A stretch of DNA of 64,000 bases from Eutreptiella sp. 'Long Island Sound 2002'. Taxonomy: Eukaryota; Protista; Euglenida. Position 1 is the first letter of the stretch. Every line of letters begins with the position of its first letter. The stretch lies in assembly GCA_964036045.1 (NCBI GenBank), contig OZ038378.1:6262001-6326000 (forward strand). Direction: 5' to 3'. Below are positions 49,705 through 62,052 of this stretch, in pieces. The translations under genes were made by a program, and so were the position numbers. The notes under the pieces were generated by a model that ran no database searches, was not told the origin of the DNA, and saw only the letters and a program-made list of their open reading frames with translations.

Positions 49705-52169
49705 ATGCAGGATCAGTTTACCGTTTGGAAGAGGAACTGCCCGTTTCTCTACGATCTCTTGATCTCGCACACATTGGCGTGGCCCTCGCTGTGTGTGTCA
49801 TGGCAGCCCTCCACAACCGCCAACACACAGACGCTGGTCCTGGGCACCTACACCGGAGGCGAGGAGCGCAACCTCCTCCTCATTGCCGACGTGGACATTC
49901 CCTCCAACGCTGCGGCGGAGGCCGGCCCCAAAGTGCATCTCCGGCAGCGCATCCCCCACGACGGAGAAGTGCACTGTGCGCTCGGGAACCCCCAAAGCCC
50001 CCACCTCATCGCCACCAAGAGCCCGTCCCCGAAGGTGTTTGTGTACGACGTGAACAAGCACCCGATGGAGTGCCCGGCGAATGTGCGCGTGGACCCGGCG
50101 GACTTTGAGTTACTGGGGCACAGCACCGGGGGCTACGGGCTGGCGTGGCATCCGACGCGGGACACGATGCTGCTCAGCGGCGGCGAGGACGGGCTCATCA
50201 TCGTGTGGGATGTGGCCCGCAGTCACCAGCCGTTCATCGCAGCGAAGTGCCACAAAAGCGCCGTGGAGTACGTGGCGTGGCACAAGACGCAGCAGTGGCT
50301 GTTTGCCTCCGTGGGGGACGACAAGCAGCTGCTGCTGTGGGACACCCGCACGTCCAAGGCGCCGTACTCCTCCATCGAGGCGCACCAAAACGATGTGAAC
50401 TGCGTCGCGTTCCACCCCTCGTCCGATTTCCTGTTGGCCACTGCCGGAGCGGACCGCGTCGTGGCCCTGTGGGACCACCGCAATCTGTCCAAAAGGTTTC
50501 TATCCGCCAACCCCTCCCCCACCCCCCGGCGCTGCGCACTGATCGCTTCGGTTTGCAATGGCGGTTCTTGGTGCCGCTGTGAGCGTACATCCTGCTGATG
50601 TTCTCTACTTTGACGCATCCCACTCCTTTGTTCCCCCGTGATGTGGTGTCCTGATACGGTGGGGTGTACGTCGCCAACCATCGCTCACGATGGCTCCATC
50701 CCCAGCGGCTGCCTTTTGGCGCCGGCCTGAGAGGGGGACGGACAGTCAAAAGTCAGAGTCGAAGCGGGCTGAGGTGAGCGCCGGTCAAGTGTAGCCCTTG
50801 ACGGTGTGGAAAGTCCTGTGAATGCGTTGTGTGCACAGTGGTATGGTCGGGTCGTGTGCATGCCTCCCAGGGCCAAGTTGTGTGCATGAGTCGTGAGTCC
50901 TACGGGCCGGACGTTTTTTAGTGGACAAGATGTTTTTTTTAGTTAAAAACACCTGGTCTTGGCCAAGTATAGAAACTCTCCCTTTTTTCGCAGGTACGCT
51001 GCTCCGTTCACATGAATGTCATCCGGTTTCGTATGGATTTGGACTTTGGATTTGAATGCGACTGTTAGATATGCTCTGTGTGCGTGCTTGCTGTAGATTT
51101 AGTGTTGTGGTGGTGCTCGACGTGCCATACTTTTTCTTTTGGGGGGGGGGGGTTGCACAGGTCTGGACATATGGGTTGCATCAGACTAAAACAAAAAAGA
51201 AATTCCTGGTGAAACAGCAGTCTTCAAAATAAGCAAAACTGGGGATGTCTGGACATATGGGTGGCATCAGACTGAGGATGAAAAATTCCTGGTGGCACCA
51301 CAATGGTCAGTATGTGCAGATTTTGCTGGAAACCAACACAACAGCTTTTTTTTTTTGAATTAAAAAACGTCCTGCCCCGGGTCCTGCCCACGGGTGAGTC
51401 GCAGGGATGAGTCGGATGGACCATTCGTGTGGATGAGTCGTATAAGGGAAGGCGTGTGAGTGAGAGGTATGGATGAGTGGTGTGGATGGGGCATGTGGAG
51501 GGGTCACATCGAAGGAGTATGGCCTTGAACAGCCAATCTGACCTTCCGGGACTGCAGGTCCAGCCATTGGTTTGGTAGGGGTGCCAGTCTCCTGTTCAGA
51601 GCGATGCCGCAGTGCCCAAGCACCGGCCCTCGAGACCACGGGGCAGCACGACCGTTGCTGTTCTGTCCAGGCTGCACACCTTTGTGTCCCACACCGATGA
51701 CGTCCTCAAGGTGGAGTTTTCCCCGTCGCACCCCACGGTCCTCGCCTCGGGAGGGGTGGACATGACGGTCAAGGTCTGGGACATGGCAAAGATTGGGGCG
51801 TCGCCGCCGCAGGCGGAGAGCGCCCCCGACTGTCCCCCGGAGCTGATCTTCACGCACTCCGGGCACACGTCCCGAGTCGCGGACTTCGCATGGAACCCCA
51901 GCCCCGGGCAGCCGTGGATGTTGGCCTCCACCAGCGATGACAACATCCTGCAGATCTGGAGGCCCACGCAGTACATCTACACGGTGTTGGACTGTGAACA
52001 GCCGGGCGCTGTCCCGGAAAACGTCAAAGCCGAACCGCTGCCGGAGGCGGATGCCCTGGCCCAGGGGACCCTCGCCCCCCCGGCGGCATCCCCCATGGCA
52101 CCCAACGCTGCACCCCATCCAGTCCCCCAGGCCACACCCCCGCCGCGGTCTGATGAGGTCATGACGTGA
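49705..52169 (+). CDS. RBBP4: Histone-binding WD40 protein, RBBP4/RBBP7/MSI1 (CAF-1 p48) family; exons 49705-50495 and 51671-52169, about 429 aa
   Basis: N-terminal WKRNCPFLYDLLISHTLAWPSL and WD repeats HDGEVH, GHSTGGYGLAW, HKSAVEYVAW, AHQNDVNCVAF, SHTDDVLKVEFSP and ELIFTHSGHTSRVADFAWNP. The phase-2 GT-AG intron at 50496-51670 restores K-R-L-H-T-F. Confidence 0.93.
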
Positions 52170-53439
52170 TTTCGAGCCCCGCTGGCCCTCGGTCAGCAAC
52201 GCCTGATGTGCAGCAACCGCCTCATCCACGGCCCACCAGGAGCTGCCGTGTAGTCCTGGACCCCCCCCCCCTCCTATGACCGGCTGCCAGACGCTCAAAA
52301 AGTCAACCCAGACTCGCAAGGCGCCCAATCCCTGTGAGAGGGGACCACGCCTCCAACAGGTGCATGGAGTTGAATGTACACAATTTCCTTCTGAAAGGCC
52401 ACACCAGTGCGTACACCCGGAAGTACCACCCGGCAAATGTACTCGGCCTTTTTGGCAACCCCCCCCCCGCCCCACACACACTGACCAGTCGAAAAAGGAC
52501 ACCCCGGCCATCGATGCAGCACGAAGTCCCAGACCCCAACGAGTGCGAAATCCCATTACAGTGACACCAACACCGATAGGGACACCCTGGGGGACTAGTC
52601 ATCAGCTGAATCCCGTGTGGCTACCCTGGCCGCATGCCACAACTTGTACGTATTCCATTACTCTCGCCCTGCGGGGTCCTGGCACGTTATGATTGAGCCT
52701 GTTTGATAGAAAGAAGGTGAGGATCGTGTTTCAGAGCCCGAGGCGTCTTCAGCCCCCGAACAGGAACAGCAAATACTCGAAGAGTGCTCGGGGGTCGTGG
52801 GGCGGAAGGTCTCCAGCCCCCCAGGCTCCACTTGGAGCAGTGCGCTTGAGGAATGCCTCGACGAACACACAGCACAAACGGATATTTTCAACAGCAAAAA
52901 TCTTCACCTCCTCCCCGGCGCCAAGCCCTTCCCTCTGGACTTTGCCGTCAAGGGAATGACTACATGCGAAGCGCCTGCTGGGATGTGCTGCGGGGTGCAC
53001 GCCGCGGGGGCTGTGTGCTGCGGTGGTGAGCAGCGGGGCAGACATTTCCCTGACAAAATCGCGTGGTTTCCTCCGCGTGTCCCGATAGACGCAAACAGTC
53101 TCGATCAAAAAACCCACGGCACACAAAAGCCATGGCACTCGACACCGTTCGTGCAGCACCATACCCACTGCCCCCTTTCTGGACCTCCACTCCACCATCA
53201 CGGGAGAACTGCGGACATGCCGAAGGCGGTGGAGAAACGCTTTCGACCACGGGAGAGCCGACTCCGCGGGTCCTAGGACGCCAACTACCCCCCCCTCCCC
53301 CCCCCCAAAGGGGCTTCCGGCCAACAGTCAGTTGCCAAAGGTGCCACCCTCAGGAGTCCAGGGGCGCCGAAGGCACCCGACGCTCCATGGGCACCAAAGC
53401 CGCCGGAAGGAAAGTTTTGTCCATTTTGCATATTATCCT

Positions 53440-53517
53440 TAAACCCAACCCTGACCCTAACGCCCACCCCAAACCCTCAGCCTAGTCCTACACCTACCCA
53501 TACTCATAGCCCTAAAC
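53440..53517 (+). repeat. Degenerate telomere-like (CCCTAA)n tract
   Basis: AAACCCAACCCTGACCCTAACGCCCACCCCAAACCCTCAGCCTAG...CCCTAAAC. Similar CCCTAA words occur at 54907, 56046 and 57200. Confidence 0.6.
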
Positions 53518-53533
53518 AGGATTGAACATTGGC

Positions 53534-54794
53534 ACCGAGCTGGTGGGGGAAGGAACATTGTCTAGGACACTTCAACGACAAATGAGGTACACACTGGAAA
53601 GTGGATGACAGCGGCTCAAGAGGGGCTCAAAATGAGATGTATTCATCCGTTTGGGCACCACAACTAGACTAGGATCATTTTTGGAAAACCATGGTTTTGA
53701 CCCGTTTTTGAGCCATTTGTGGTCCCAAATTGGCCCATTTTCAAGGCCCTATCGGCCTTGAGAGGGGCCAAAATTGCTCAACGTCGGCTCAAAATGGGCT
53801 CATTCCACTTGTTTGTGCACCCCAAATCGTCCAAATATATCTTTGGAACACATTTTTTACCCATTTTGGACCCATTTTTGGTCGCAAAATAACCCACTTT
53901 CAAGGCATTTTGTGACTTTGGAGGGGCCAAAATGGCTCGCAATGGGCTCAAAATGGGCTCATTTCACTTGTTCAGGCACCCCAAATGGTCCAGGATCATT
54001 TTTGGAAAAACACATTTTTGACCCATTTTTGATGGATTTTTGGTCCCAAAACAGCCCATTTTCAAGGCATTTTGGGATTTTAGAGGGGCCAAAACGGGCC
54101 ACCATGAGCTCAAAACACGCCAAAAACACTTCCTTTGGCATTCCATGTGGTCCAAGATCATTTTTGAAAAAAGTCATTTTTTTGCACCCAGTGAACCTTG
54201 TTGACCCATTTTGGCACCCAGCTCTTTTGGCTACGTCTTGCAGCTTGCCGCAGCCCACTGGGCCTAGGTAAGGGGGTCTGGGCATCGGTTAGGGCAATTT
54301 GAAGGGGTGGAAACCACCAAAAGTGGGTGGTTGGGGGTGGATTAGGTGCACTGGAAACGTAGCCCAAGATATGGTCTGTTTTTGGTTTGGGGCTGCCGGC
54401 GTCCAATGTGCACAAATTTTGGGGTTTTCGGGGGCCTTTTGGGGGTGGTTCGCGGACATATTGTGGAGTTAGAGGGCCCTAGAGGGCCTTTCGGCACTGG
54501 GAAGTCTAGCTGCATGTGTAGAGTAGCCACTATTTCCCTTCATTTGGCCGTTTTCGGCGGGTTCTGGGGCGGTTTTGAGCAAAAAAAAAAAAGGCTGATT
54601 TTGGCCATGAATTGCGGATTTTGAAATGGAGGTCCGGCACTTGCGACGCCTGTTCCCGGCCGCCACTGTTGAGTTTCTGGCTCATACTTTGTGTGGTTGT
54701 CCCTCACACCCATAGGTAGCATCCACCAAACTTTTGGCCGAATTCAAAGCACCACGACGGAGCTGTGATTTTTCCCCATTTCGTGCGTGCTTGC

Positions 54795-54828
<34 letters not shown>

Positions 54829-57191
54829 AGCTTGCCAATTCTGTTAGGTCCACCCTAGACACTAAAGAGGGTAGTAAAACCAAGACTGGTTCCACCAGCT
54901 CGGTGACCCTAATCAAGACTGAATATTGGGACCGAGCTGGTGGGGGAGGGAACATCAGCTATGACTGGTGAGGGACATCAAGAACGATTCACACATTGAT
55001 GGCTCTTGACAAAGTGTAATCAGCTTGCACGTGAACCCCATCACCACGAGGCCCACTTTCAAGGCTTTTTGGACTTCTGAGGGGCCAAAATGCCCCAAAA
55101 TGGGCTCAAAATGGGCTCATTTCACCCGTTTGTGCACCCCGAATGGTCTAGGATGAGTTTTGGAAAAATGCGTTTTTGACCCATTTGTGACCTATTTTGG
55201 GTCCCAAAAGAGCCCATTTTTAAGGCATTTTGGGATTTTCGGAGGACCAAAATGGGCCACCACAAGCTCAAAACGGTCCAAAAACACTTGTTTTAGCATC
55301 ACACATGGTCTAGGATCATTTTTGAGAAAAGTCATCTTTTTGCCCCTATTGGACCTTGTTCACCCATTTGGGCACCCACCTGTTTGGGCTTGAGCTTGCA
55401 GCTTGCCGCAGCCTAGTGGGCCTAGGTATTGGGGTCGAGGCGTCTGTTTGGGCAATTCTGAGGGGTGGAAACCACAAAAAGTGGGGGGTTGCGGGTGGAG
55501 TAGGTGCCCTCGGAATTGCGTTTTGAGCCATGTAGCCAAAGATATGGCCTATTCTTGGTTTGTGGCTGTCGCCAGCCAATCTGCACAAAATTTGGGGCTT
55601 CTGGGGACCTTTTTGGGCCGTTTCCGGCACATATGGTGGAGTTACAGGGCCGCAAAGGGCTCGTTGACACAGGAAAGTCAAGCGGCACATGGAGTGTACT
55701 CACACTTTCCCTTTGTTTGGCCGTTTTGAATGGGTTCTAGGGCTGTTTTGGCCCAAAAATGGCTGTTTTTGGCCCTAAATTGCAGCTTTGAGGTCCGCCA
55801 CTTGCGACACCCGTTCCTAGCCGCCACCGTTGAGTTTCTGGCTCATACTTTGTGTGGTTGTCCCTCACACCCATAGGTATCATCCAGTAAAATTACAGCC
55901 GAATCCAAAGCACCACGACGGAGTTCTGATTTTTACCCATTTCGCGCGTGCTGCTTGCTGCTTGCTGCTAAACCTGGTAGGTCCACCCTAGACCCTAAAA
56001 AGGGTTATAAAACCAAGACTGGTTCCACCAGCTCAGTGACCCCAACCCTAATCAAGACTGAATATTGGGACCGAGCTGGTGGGGGAGGGAACATCAGCTA
56101 TGACTGGTGAGGGGCATCAAGAATGATTCACACACTGATGGCTCTTGACAAAGTGAAATCAGCTTGCACGTGAACCCCATCACCACGAGGCCCACTTTCA
56201 AGGCTTTTTGGACTTTTGAGGGGCCAAAATGCCCCAAAATGGGCTCAAAATGGGCTCATTTCACCCGTTTGTGCACCCCAAATGGTCTAGGATGAGGTTT
56301 GGAAAAATGCGTTTTTGACCCATTTGTGACCTATTTTGGGTCCCAAAAGAGCCCATTTTCAAGGCATTTTGGGATTTTCGGAGGACCAAAATGGGCCACC
56401 ACAAGCTCAAAACAGTCCAAAAACACTTGTTTTAGCGTCGCACATGGTCTAGGATCATTTTTGAGAAAAGTCATCTTTTTGCCCCTACTGGACCTTGTTG
56501 ACCCGTTTGGGCACCCACCTGTTTGGGCTTGAGCTTGCAGCTTGCCGCGCAGCCTAGTGGGCCTAGGTATTGGGGTCTAGGCGTCCGTTTGGGCAATTCT
56601 GAGGGGTGGAAACCACAAAAAGTGGGGGGTTGCAGGTGGAGTAGGTGCCCTCGGAATCGCATTTTGAGCCATGTAGCCCAAGATATGGCCTATTCTTGGT
56701 TTGTGGCTGTCGGCATTTGGAGCGCCTGGGGCCTTTTTGGGCCGTTTCTGGGACATATCATGGAGTTAGAGGGCCGCAAAGAGCTCGTTGACACGGGGAA
56801 GTCAAGCCGCACGTGGAGTGTACCCACCGTTTCCCTTCGTTCGGCCATTTCGAATGTGTTCCAGGGCTGTTTTGGCCCCAAAATGGGTGTTTTTGGCCCT
56901 AAACTGCAGTTTTTGAAACTGAGGTCCGCCACTTGCGACACCCGTTCCCGGCCGCCACCGTTGAGTTTCTCGCTCAAATTTTGTGTGATTGTACTTCACA
57001 CCCATAGGTATCATCCACCAAAATTTCACCTGAATCTGAAGCACCACGATGGAATTCTGATTTTTACCCATTTCGCGCGTGCTGCTTGCTTGCTGCTTGC
57101 TGCTTGCTTGCTTGCTTGCTGCTAAACCTAGTAGGTCCACCCTAGACACTAAAAAGGGTTATAAAACCAAGACTGGTTCCACCAGCTCGGT
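53534..57191 (+). mobile_element. Three head-to-tail non-coding elements with 13-bp (sub)terminal inverted repeats
   Basis: ACCGAGCTGGTGG at 53534, 54931 and 56070; CCACCAGCTC(G/A)GT ending at 54904, 56037 and 57191. Each has internal subrepeats and a (GCTT)n microsatellite near the right end. Confidence 0.85.
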
Positions 57192-57934
57192 GACCGTAGC
57201 CCTAACCTTAGCCCTAGCCAGGTTAGGGTCAGAGTTCGTGTTGGGGTCCAAAATGGAGAGCAATGATGCGGCAAAAGCAGCCATGAACGAAACTTGGGGG
57301 ATCTTGTTCAGCCTAATCAACGTGGTAGTATGGTTAGAGGGAGGGCATGGGGAGGTAAAGGGAGCCTGCGATGGACCAACGCTTGGCCCTGGAGGCATGT
57401 ACCCCCAAATCGCCCCACGTGGACCCATCCCCCCAACCAATCCTCCCGGATGCCCCCCCCCCCCCCGGGCAACAGCCCCCCTCCGACCCCCCCCTCGCCC
57501 CTCCCAGAACCCTTCCCTCCCAAGCCCCCCCCCCTCCCCCAAGGGGCCTCCAGCCAAAGGTTATTGGGGGGGGGGGGGGGGGGGTTGGTGTCCAGAACCG
57601 AGGAGTCGGCTCCCCTGTGGTTGTGACCAAAGGTTTGATCTCACAATATGCACTGCACAATGATGAGCGCGACGCAAGCACCTGCAATATGAATATGTCG
57701 CTTCAGAATGCTTAGGTCACTCATCATGGGGGTTCGACGAACGCAAGCCCAAGCGGAGGTAGGGTGGGGGGGGCGGGGGCCACTCCATGGATGTAGACGA
57801 GCAGGCCTACGGGAGGGTCACATGGAGCAGGCGGCTTGGGGTATCTCCCTGCAATCCGCAAAGCAGCAGTTACTGCAAACCCACCCCTGTCTGTGCCAGG
57901 GCTGTCCTGACGAAACCCAATTTTTCCTTTCTCT

Positions 57935-58115
57935 TTTTTATGAAGGACAGCTCTTAAGGGCAGCCCCCAAGGACCACCAACCGTGGACCGCCAACCACCA
58001 CCAACCGCCAACAGCACCAACCGCCAACCGCTTAACCATGTTGCAGAGAACCTTCTCCGTGAACGTTCGTTTCTGATGGCGTTACGAACCCTTTTCTTTT
58101 TTCCTTAAGGACAGC
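57935..58115 (+). mobile_element. Second (AACCGCC)n-core element bounded by AAGGACAGC direct repeats
   Basis: T-run+GAAGGACAGCTCT ... CCACCAACCGCCAAC ... T-run+TAAGGACAGCCCT; same architecture as 8016-8309. Confidence 0.7.
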
Positions 58116-58399
58116 CCTGTTCTATGGGTACTGGAGGTTCCCAACCATGTTTTGGGGGTGCACAAGAATGTCCACAAATTTTTCTTAGATTTCTTTGATG
58201 GTACCCTGGACAGTGCGCCATGCAGACCCCCCTCCCCCTCCCGAAGGCAAGGCCAACAGCTACATGGCAGTTCCAAACATCGTCCTCACCTGAAATCAGC
58301 GCCCAATGTGTGACCACAACATTGAAAGCCTTTCTGTGGGCTGCTTTGGCTTTTTAGCCAGGCCCGAGGTAATAATAAAACCCCCAAAACGTCTTTTTG

Positions 58400-60250
58400 A
58401 GGGATGCCAGATCTTTTGCCGGGCCCCATAGAAGAAGCAAAAGCCATAAGTGCATTTTTCAGGGAGCGGTTTGATTTGCACATCATGGTCATCCTAACCG
58501 TTCCTGACACTGACCCAGCCCCGTCGGGCATGCCCCATGATCAACAACCCAACCAGATGTTCTTACAGAGCTTTGTCCGCTGCGCCGAGTGCGAGTAGTG
58601 CGGACACCACCACCAGCTGGTGCCAGCGGGTCCCGGGTCTGAACGATACAGACCTGCTCCGAGTCTTGAGGCGGCCGGCGGAATGGGCCCGGAAGCCTCC
58701 GTCGATTCACGGCCGATCCCACGGTGGCCTCGCAGGAGCACGAGGAACTCGGGTGCCGCGGGGGGGGGGACGTGCCGCGCAAAGAAGTGTCCATTTTGAC
58801 CGGGAATCGATTTGGGCAGATTCAGTACGGCCAAAACGTGCGAAGAAGTGGGTTTGGGCTTCTGGGTAAATGGCCTGGTATTCATGGCCAAGTGCGCAAA
58901 TAGTGGCCACGTGGGCGTCCGAGGGGTTCAAGTGCGCCCAAATGAGTCAAGTCTGCCGCCGGGTAATTGACTCCAGCTGCGCCTGCCACACCACGGCCTT
59001 CATCACCGACAGCGTCGCAAGGGATGCCAATGTGCAGAGTCATGAGATGGGATGAGTTCCGTAGCGGTGGCTCCGAAACTGTCCGTTCCTGGGTACTGCA
59101 TCCCTGCCCACGTGCCCAGACGTACCTGCTTCGATGGAAGGCGGGGGGGGGGGGATGTCGAGATTCAATGGATACCGCCCGCACAGACGGGGGCCGTGTT
59201 TCTTACGCATGGAGGTAGGGTGACGGACAGCGATAGGGAACGGAACGCCGCTGCTACAGCAATTTGGGCTTGTGGTCACTCAGGTTGGCCAGATCTTTCG
59301 TACGGCAGCTCTCAATCAGCAGAATTCAGTGGCACATCTGGACGCTTCAAGGGCGCTTTGTGTGGTCGGGCGGACACCACACACACAACTAGCGCTAGGC
59401 AAAACCATTCCAACCCCATAACCCTCACCTTGATATTTTCACGTGGATTGCGTGCAAAATCCAGGGATTTGATGACTCCCTCCCTTCCCTCAACGGACAC
59501 ATTCTTTGGCTTCTTGGGGCAAAATCCAATTGGTGAAGATTCCAAGCAGGCAGGGAGGGGCACGTGTGCATGCCCAATGCACGCCATTCCCAAAGAATTC
59601 TATTTGCAATTCCTTTTGCTCGTCGCCCCGTCAATTAGAGGATTGTTCAAGCACCTTCTTGGTCACAATTGACGACTTGTATATGCACTGGGCAGTACCA
59701 ATTGCGGCGGTGCGTGTCAGGGTAAGGAACCACCGAGCGGACTCCGTAACTCCGTGGCAGCACAGCTATCCATCTTTGATGGTTGGCAAGTATGCTTTGT
59801 ACATGTGGACGTCGTAGGTCAAACCATAATCACAGCCTCCCTTGGTATGTGGGAGCCAGCTTTGCCTGACGGCAGTCCTGGGCACTGTGAGCGCCCCATA
59901 GTCGACTATTTTCCATCACACATTCCAATGCGCCACGATGACGTAAGGTCCCAGCCTGCCACGATGAACTTGGCCTGCATGCCCCACAACCGCACAGCAA
60001 CACCCCATCAGTGTCCGTGCCCTTTTTGCATGTGTATGCGATATTTCTGCGCGGTCTCGTTTTGGAGTATGGACACTGGGAATTGTACCAAACCGCCCTT
60101 TGCCTGAACTCCCACACGCTTAAGGTGGGCCTCAGTGGAAACCACCGCTTTTGATCACGAAACGCACCGTAGAGCGGTGCCAATGGACGTAATGGTTTCG
60201 AGATGAGACGTTTCATTTTGCAGCATTTTGCTGATCCACAGGCATCCGCG
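58400..60250 (-). mobile_element. Highly degraded non-LTR retrotransposon RT remnant
   Basis: Minus-strand fragments in RT order across frames: KPLRPL, LTYDVHMYKAY, GNGVHWACTRAPPCLLGIFTNWIL, SGVPFPI and LIWAHLNP..ALGHEY. The last two resemble GVPFPV and TIWGP..KGHRI of 16583-18253. Confidence 0.4.
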
Positions 60251-61247
60251 GTTTAGAGGCTCCGATAGTCGCTGCCGTGGATTGCTTTCACTCATAATGC
60301 TTCTGCTCCACAGAGCTGGAGTCACTTTGGGTTGAGTCTAGCTACAGCCCCTAGGGGGAGCGAACACTTTGGCCAGAAAAATTGCATAAACACCCCTCCT
60401 TCCCAAAAAATGTAGCACAATCAAGTACACAGTACAATTGGCGCACACTTCATGACTGTTGAGATGGCCCTTGGCCTCTTGTGGCCCTTTGTGGTTCCAA
60501 ATAAGTACATCCGTAGAGCTGCCTGGCCTGAGAGGACAAAGCCAAACGACAACACAACGCCTTCCCATGGATGTCGCCAAATAGCCATTTCACGTGCGCC
60601 GCGTCGGGTGTTCCCCCATGGCTTCAGTTGCTAGAGGATGATGACATCATACACCCACCTACTCACGCAGGTGACTGCGCAAGCTGGCAACGTGAGAATT
60701 GTGCCCAACCCCTTTGTTTCCTCTCCTCTTCCTCCCACTGCATGCCCACAAGAGGGGAGTAGAGGGCTCACCGCTGCGGTGCCATGAAGCCTTTTCCTCT
60801 GCCCAAATGTCGGAAGAGTATGCCAAAGAGGATCAAAATTGCAGCGGGCAGGGGTGGGTGATATCAGGACGTTCAGGGTGTACTTGCTGCAAAAGTAGCG
60901 TGCGGCGCGCTTGCAGCACAAGTAGCCCCCCCGTGTTATACCCACATTAATTTGCTGCGCTGTTTTGTTTGCGGTGACACTCTTCCTGCGGTAGCCCGAG
61001 TACACGAAGGTGGAGTACCCAAAGCCAAACAAATCAGGCAAGGAGAACGTCTCGAGCCATGAAAAAAAAAACCAGGGTGCGGCACCACAGCCCTTTGGGT
61101 AGTAACGTGCAATGCAACAGCCTCGCTTTGGGTAGGTTTGATGCGCCCAGCCCTTGCGTGCTTGATCACGAGGTGGAGTGGGTGACTGCCCCTTTTGACA
61201 TGTGCCCATGGATGGCTGGGCGATGGCCCCTCATAACAGTGTGAGTA

Positions 61248-62052
61248 CCCCCCCCCCGCCTTGTAATAGCCACGCCCTTGTCCAAGCTACAGTAGGCGTA
61301 GGGACCGTATTAATTTGGTACCTAATTTTAATTCGGTACCAAATGTAGTGCAGCCACATAAGACATAGGTTTGGGTCTGACCCTCATTTTTCTGGGGTTT
61401 TCTGACCACAGTTTTCATGGTCAGAGACTTAGTGGAACGTGATTGTGTGCCGATTTTAGAGGGAAAGAGGGGCTGTGTCATGTTTGTGATGAGTCCTCCT
61501 GCTCATAACACGCCTGTGCACTGTAGGCACCCAGTGAACGCTGTGGTGCTGGGTATTGTAGTAGTGGCAGTGGTCAGCCTGGTGATGTGCTTTGGCACAC
61601 TCGCACACATGTGCACTGCAGGCACCCAGTGAAAGCCGTACGCTGCTGGGATGTGATGTGTGGTGCGGGGTCTTTGCTTCCCCAATGGGATAAAGTTGTC
61701 GGAGCTTGAGGATTTGAACTATTTTGGTAATTCTGATTCTGATTGAAGTTCTGACTCTGGTTCTCATTTGGGGACAGACATCGATGAGGATGGTTGTAGG
61801 CTTCTCATGCCTCATTGCTTGTAGAAACATGGGTGTGAACCTGAAGTTTCATGTTTCAACACTTTCTTGTGTTTACAAGCCTTTGGGAACGTGGGCGGAG
61901 GTTAAGGTGCACTCATACCATGCACTCACTCATGTGTATGTCGGTAGTTGTATGTGTTGCGCGCAAGCCACGCCCTTGTCTAAGCTACAGTAGGCGTAGG
62001 GACCGTATTAATCCCGTACTTTTGCGTAGCTATTACAAGGGGGGGGGGGGGG
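61248..62052. mobile_element. MITE-like element, about 28-bp TIRs, TA target duplication
   Basis: TA|C10GCCTTGTAATAGCCACGC ... GCGTAGCTATTACAAG14|TA; no coding capacity. Confidence 0.75.

Noticed and set aside
50496-51670. Non-conventional euglenid-type intron in RBBP4
   Set aside because: Canonical GT...polypyrimidine-AG boundaries restore the frame exactly.
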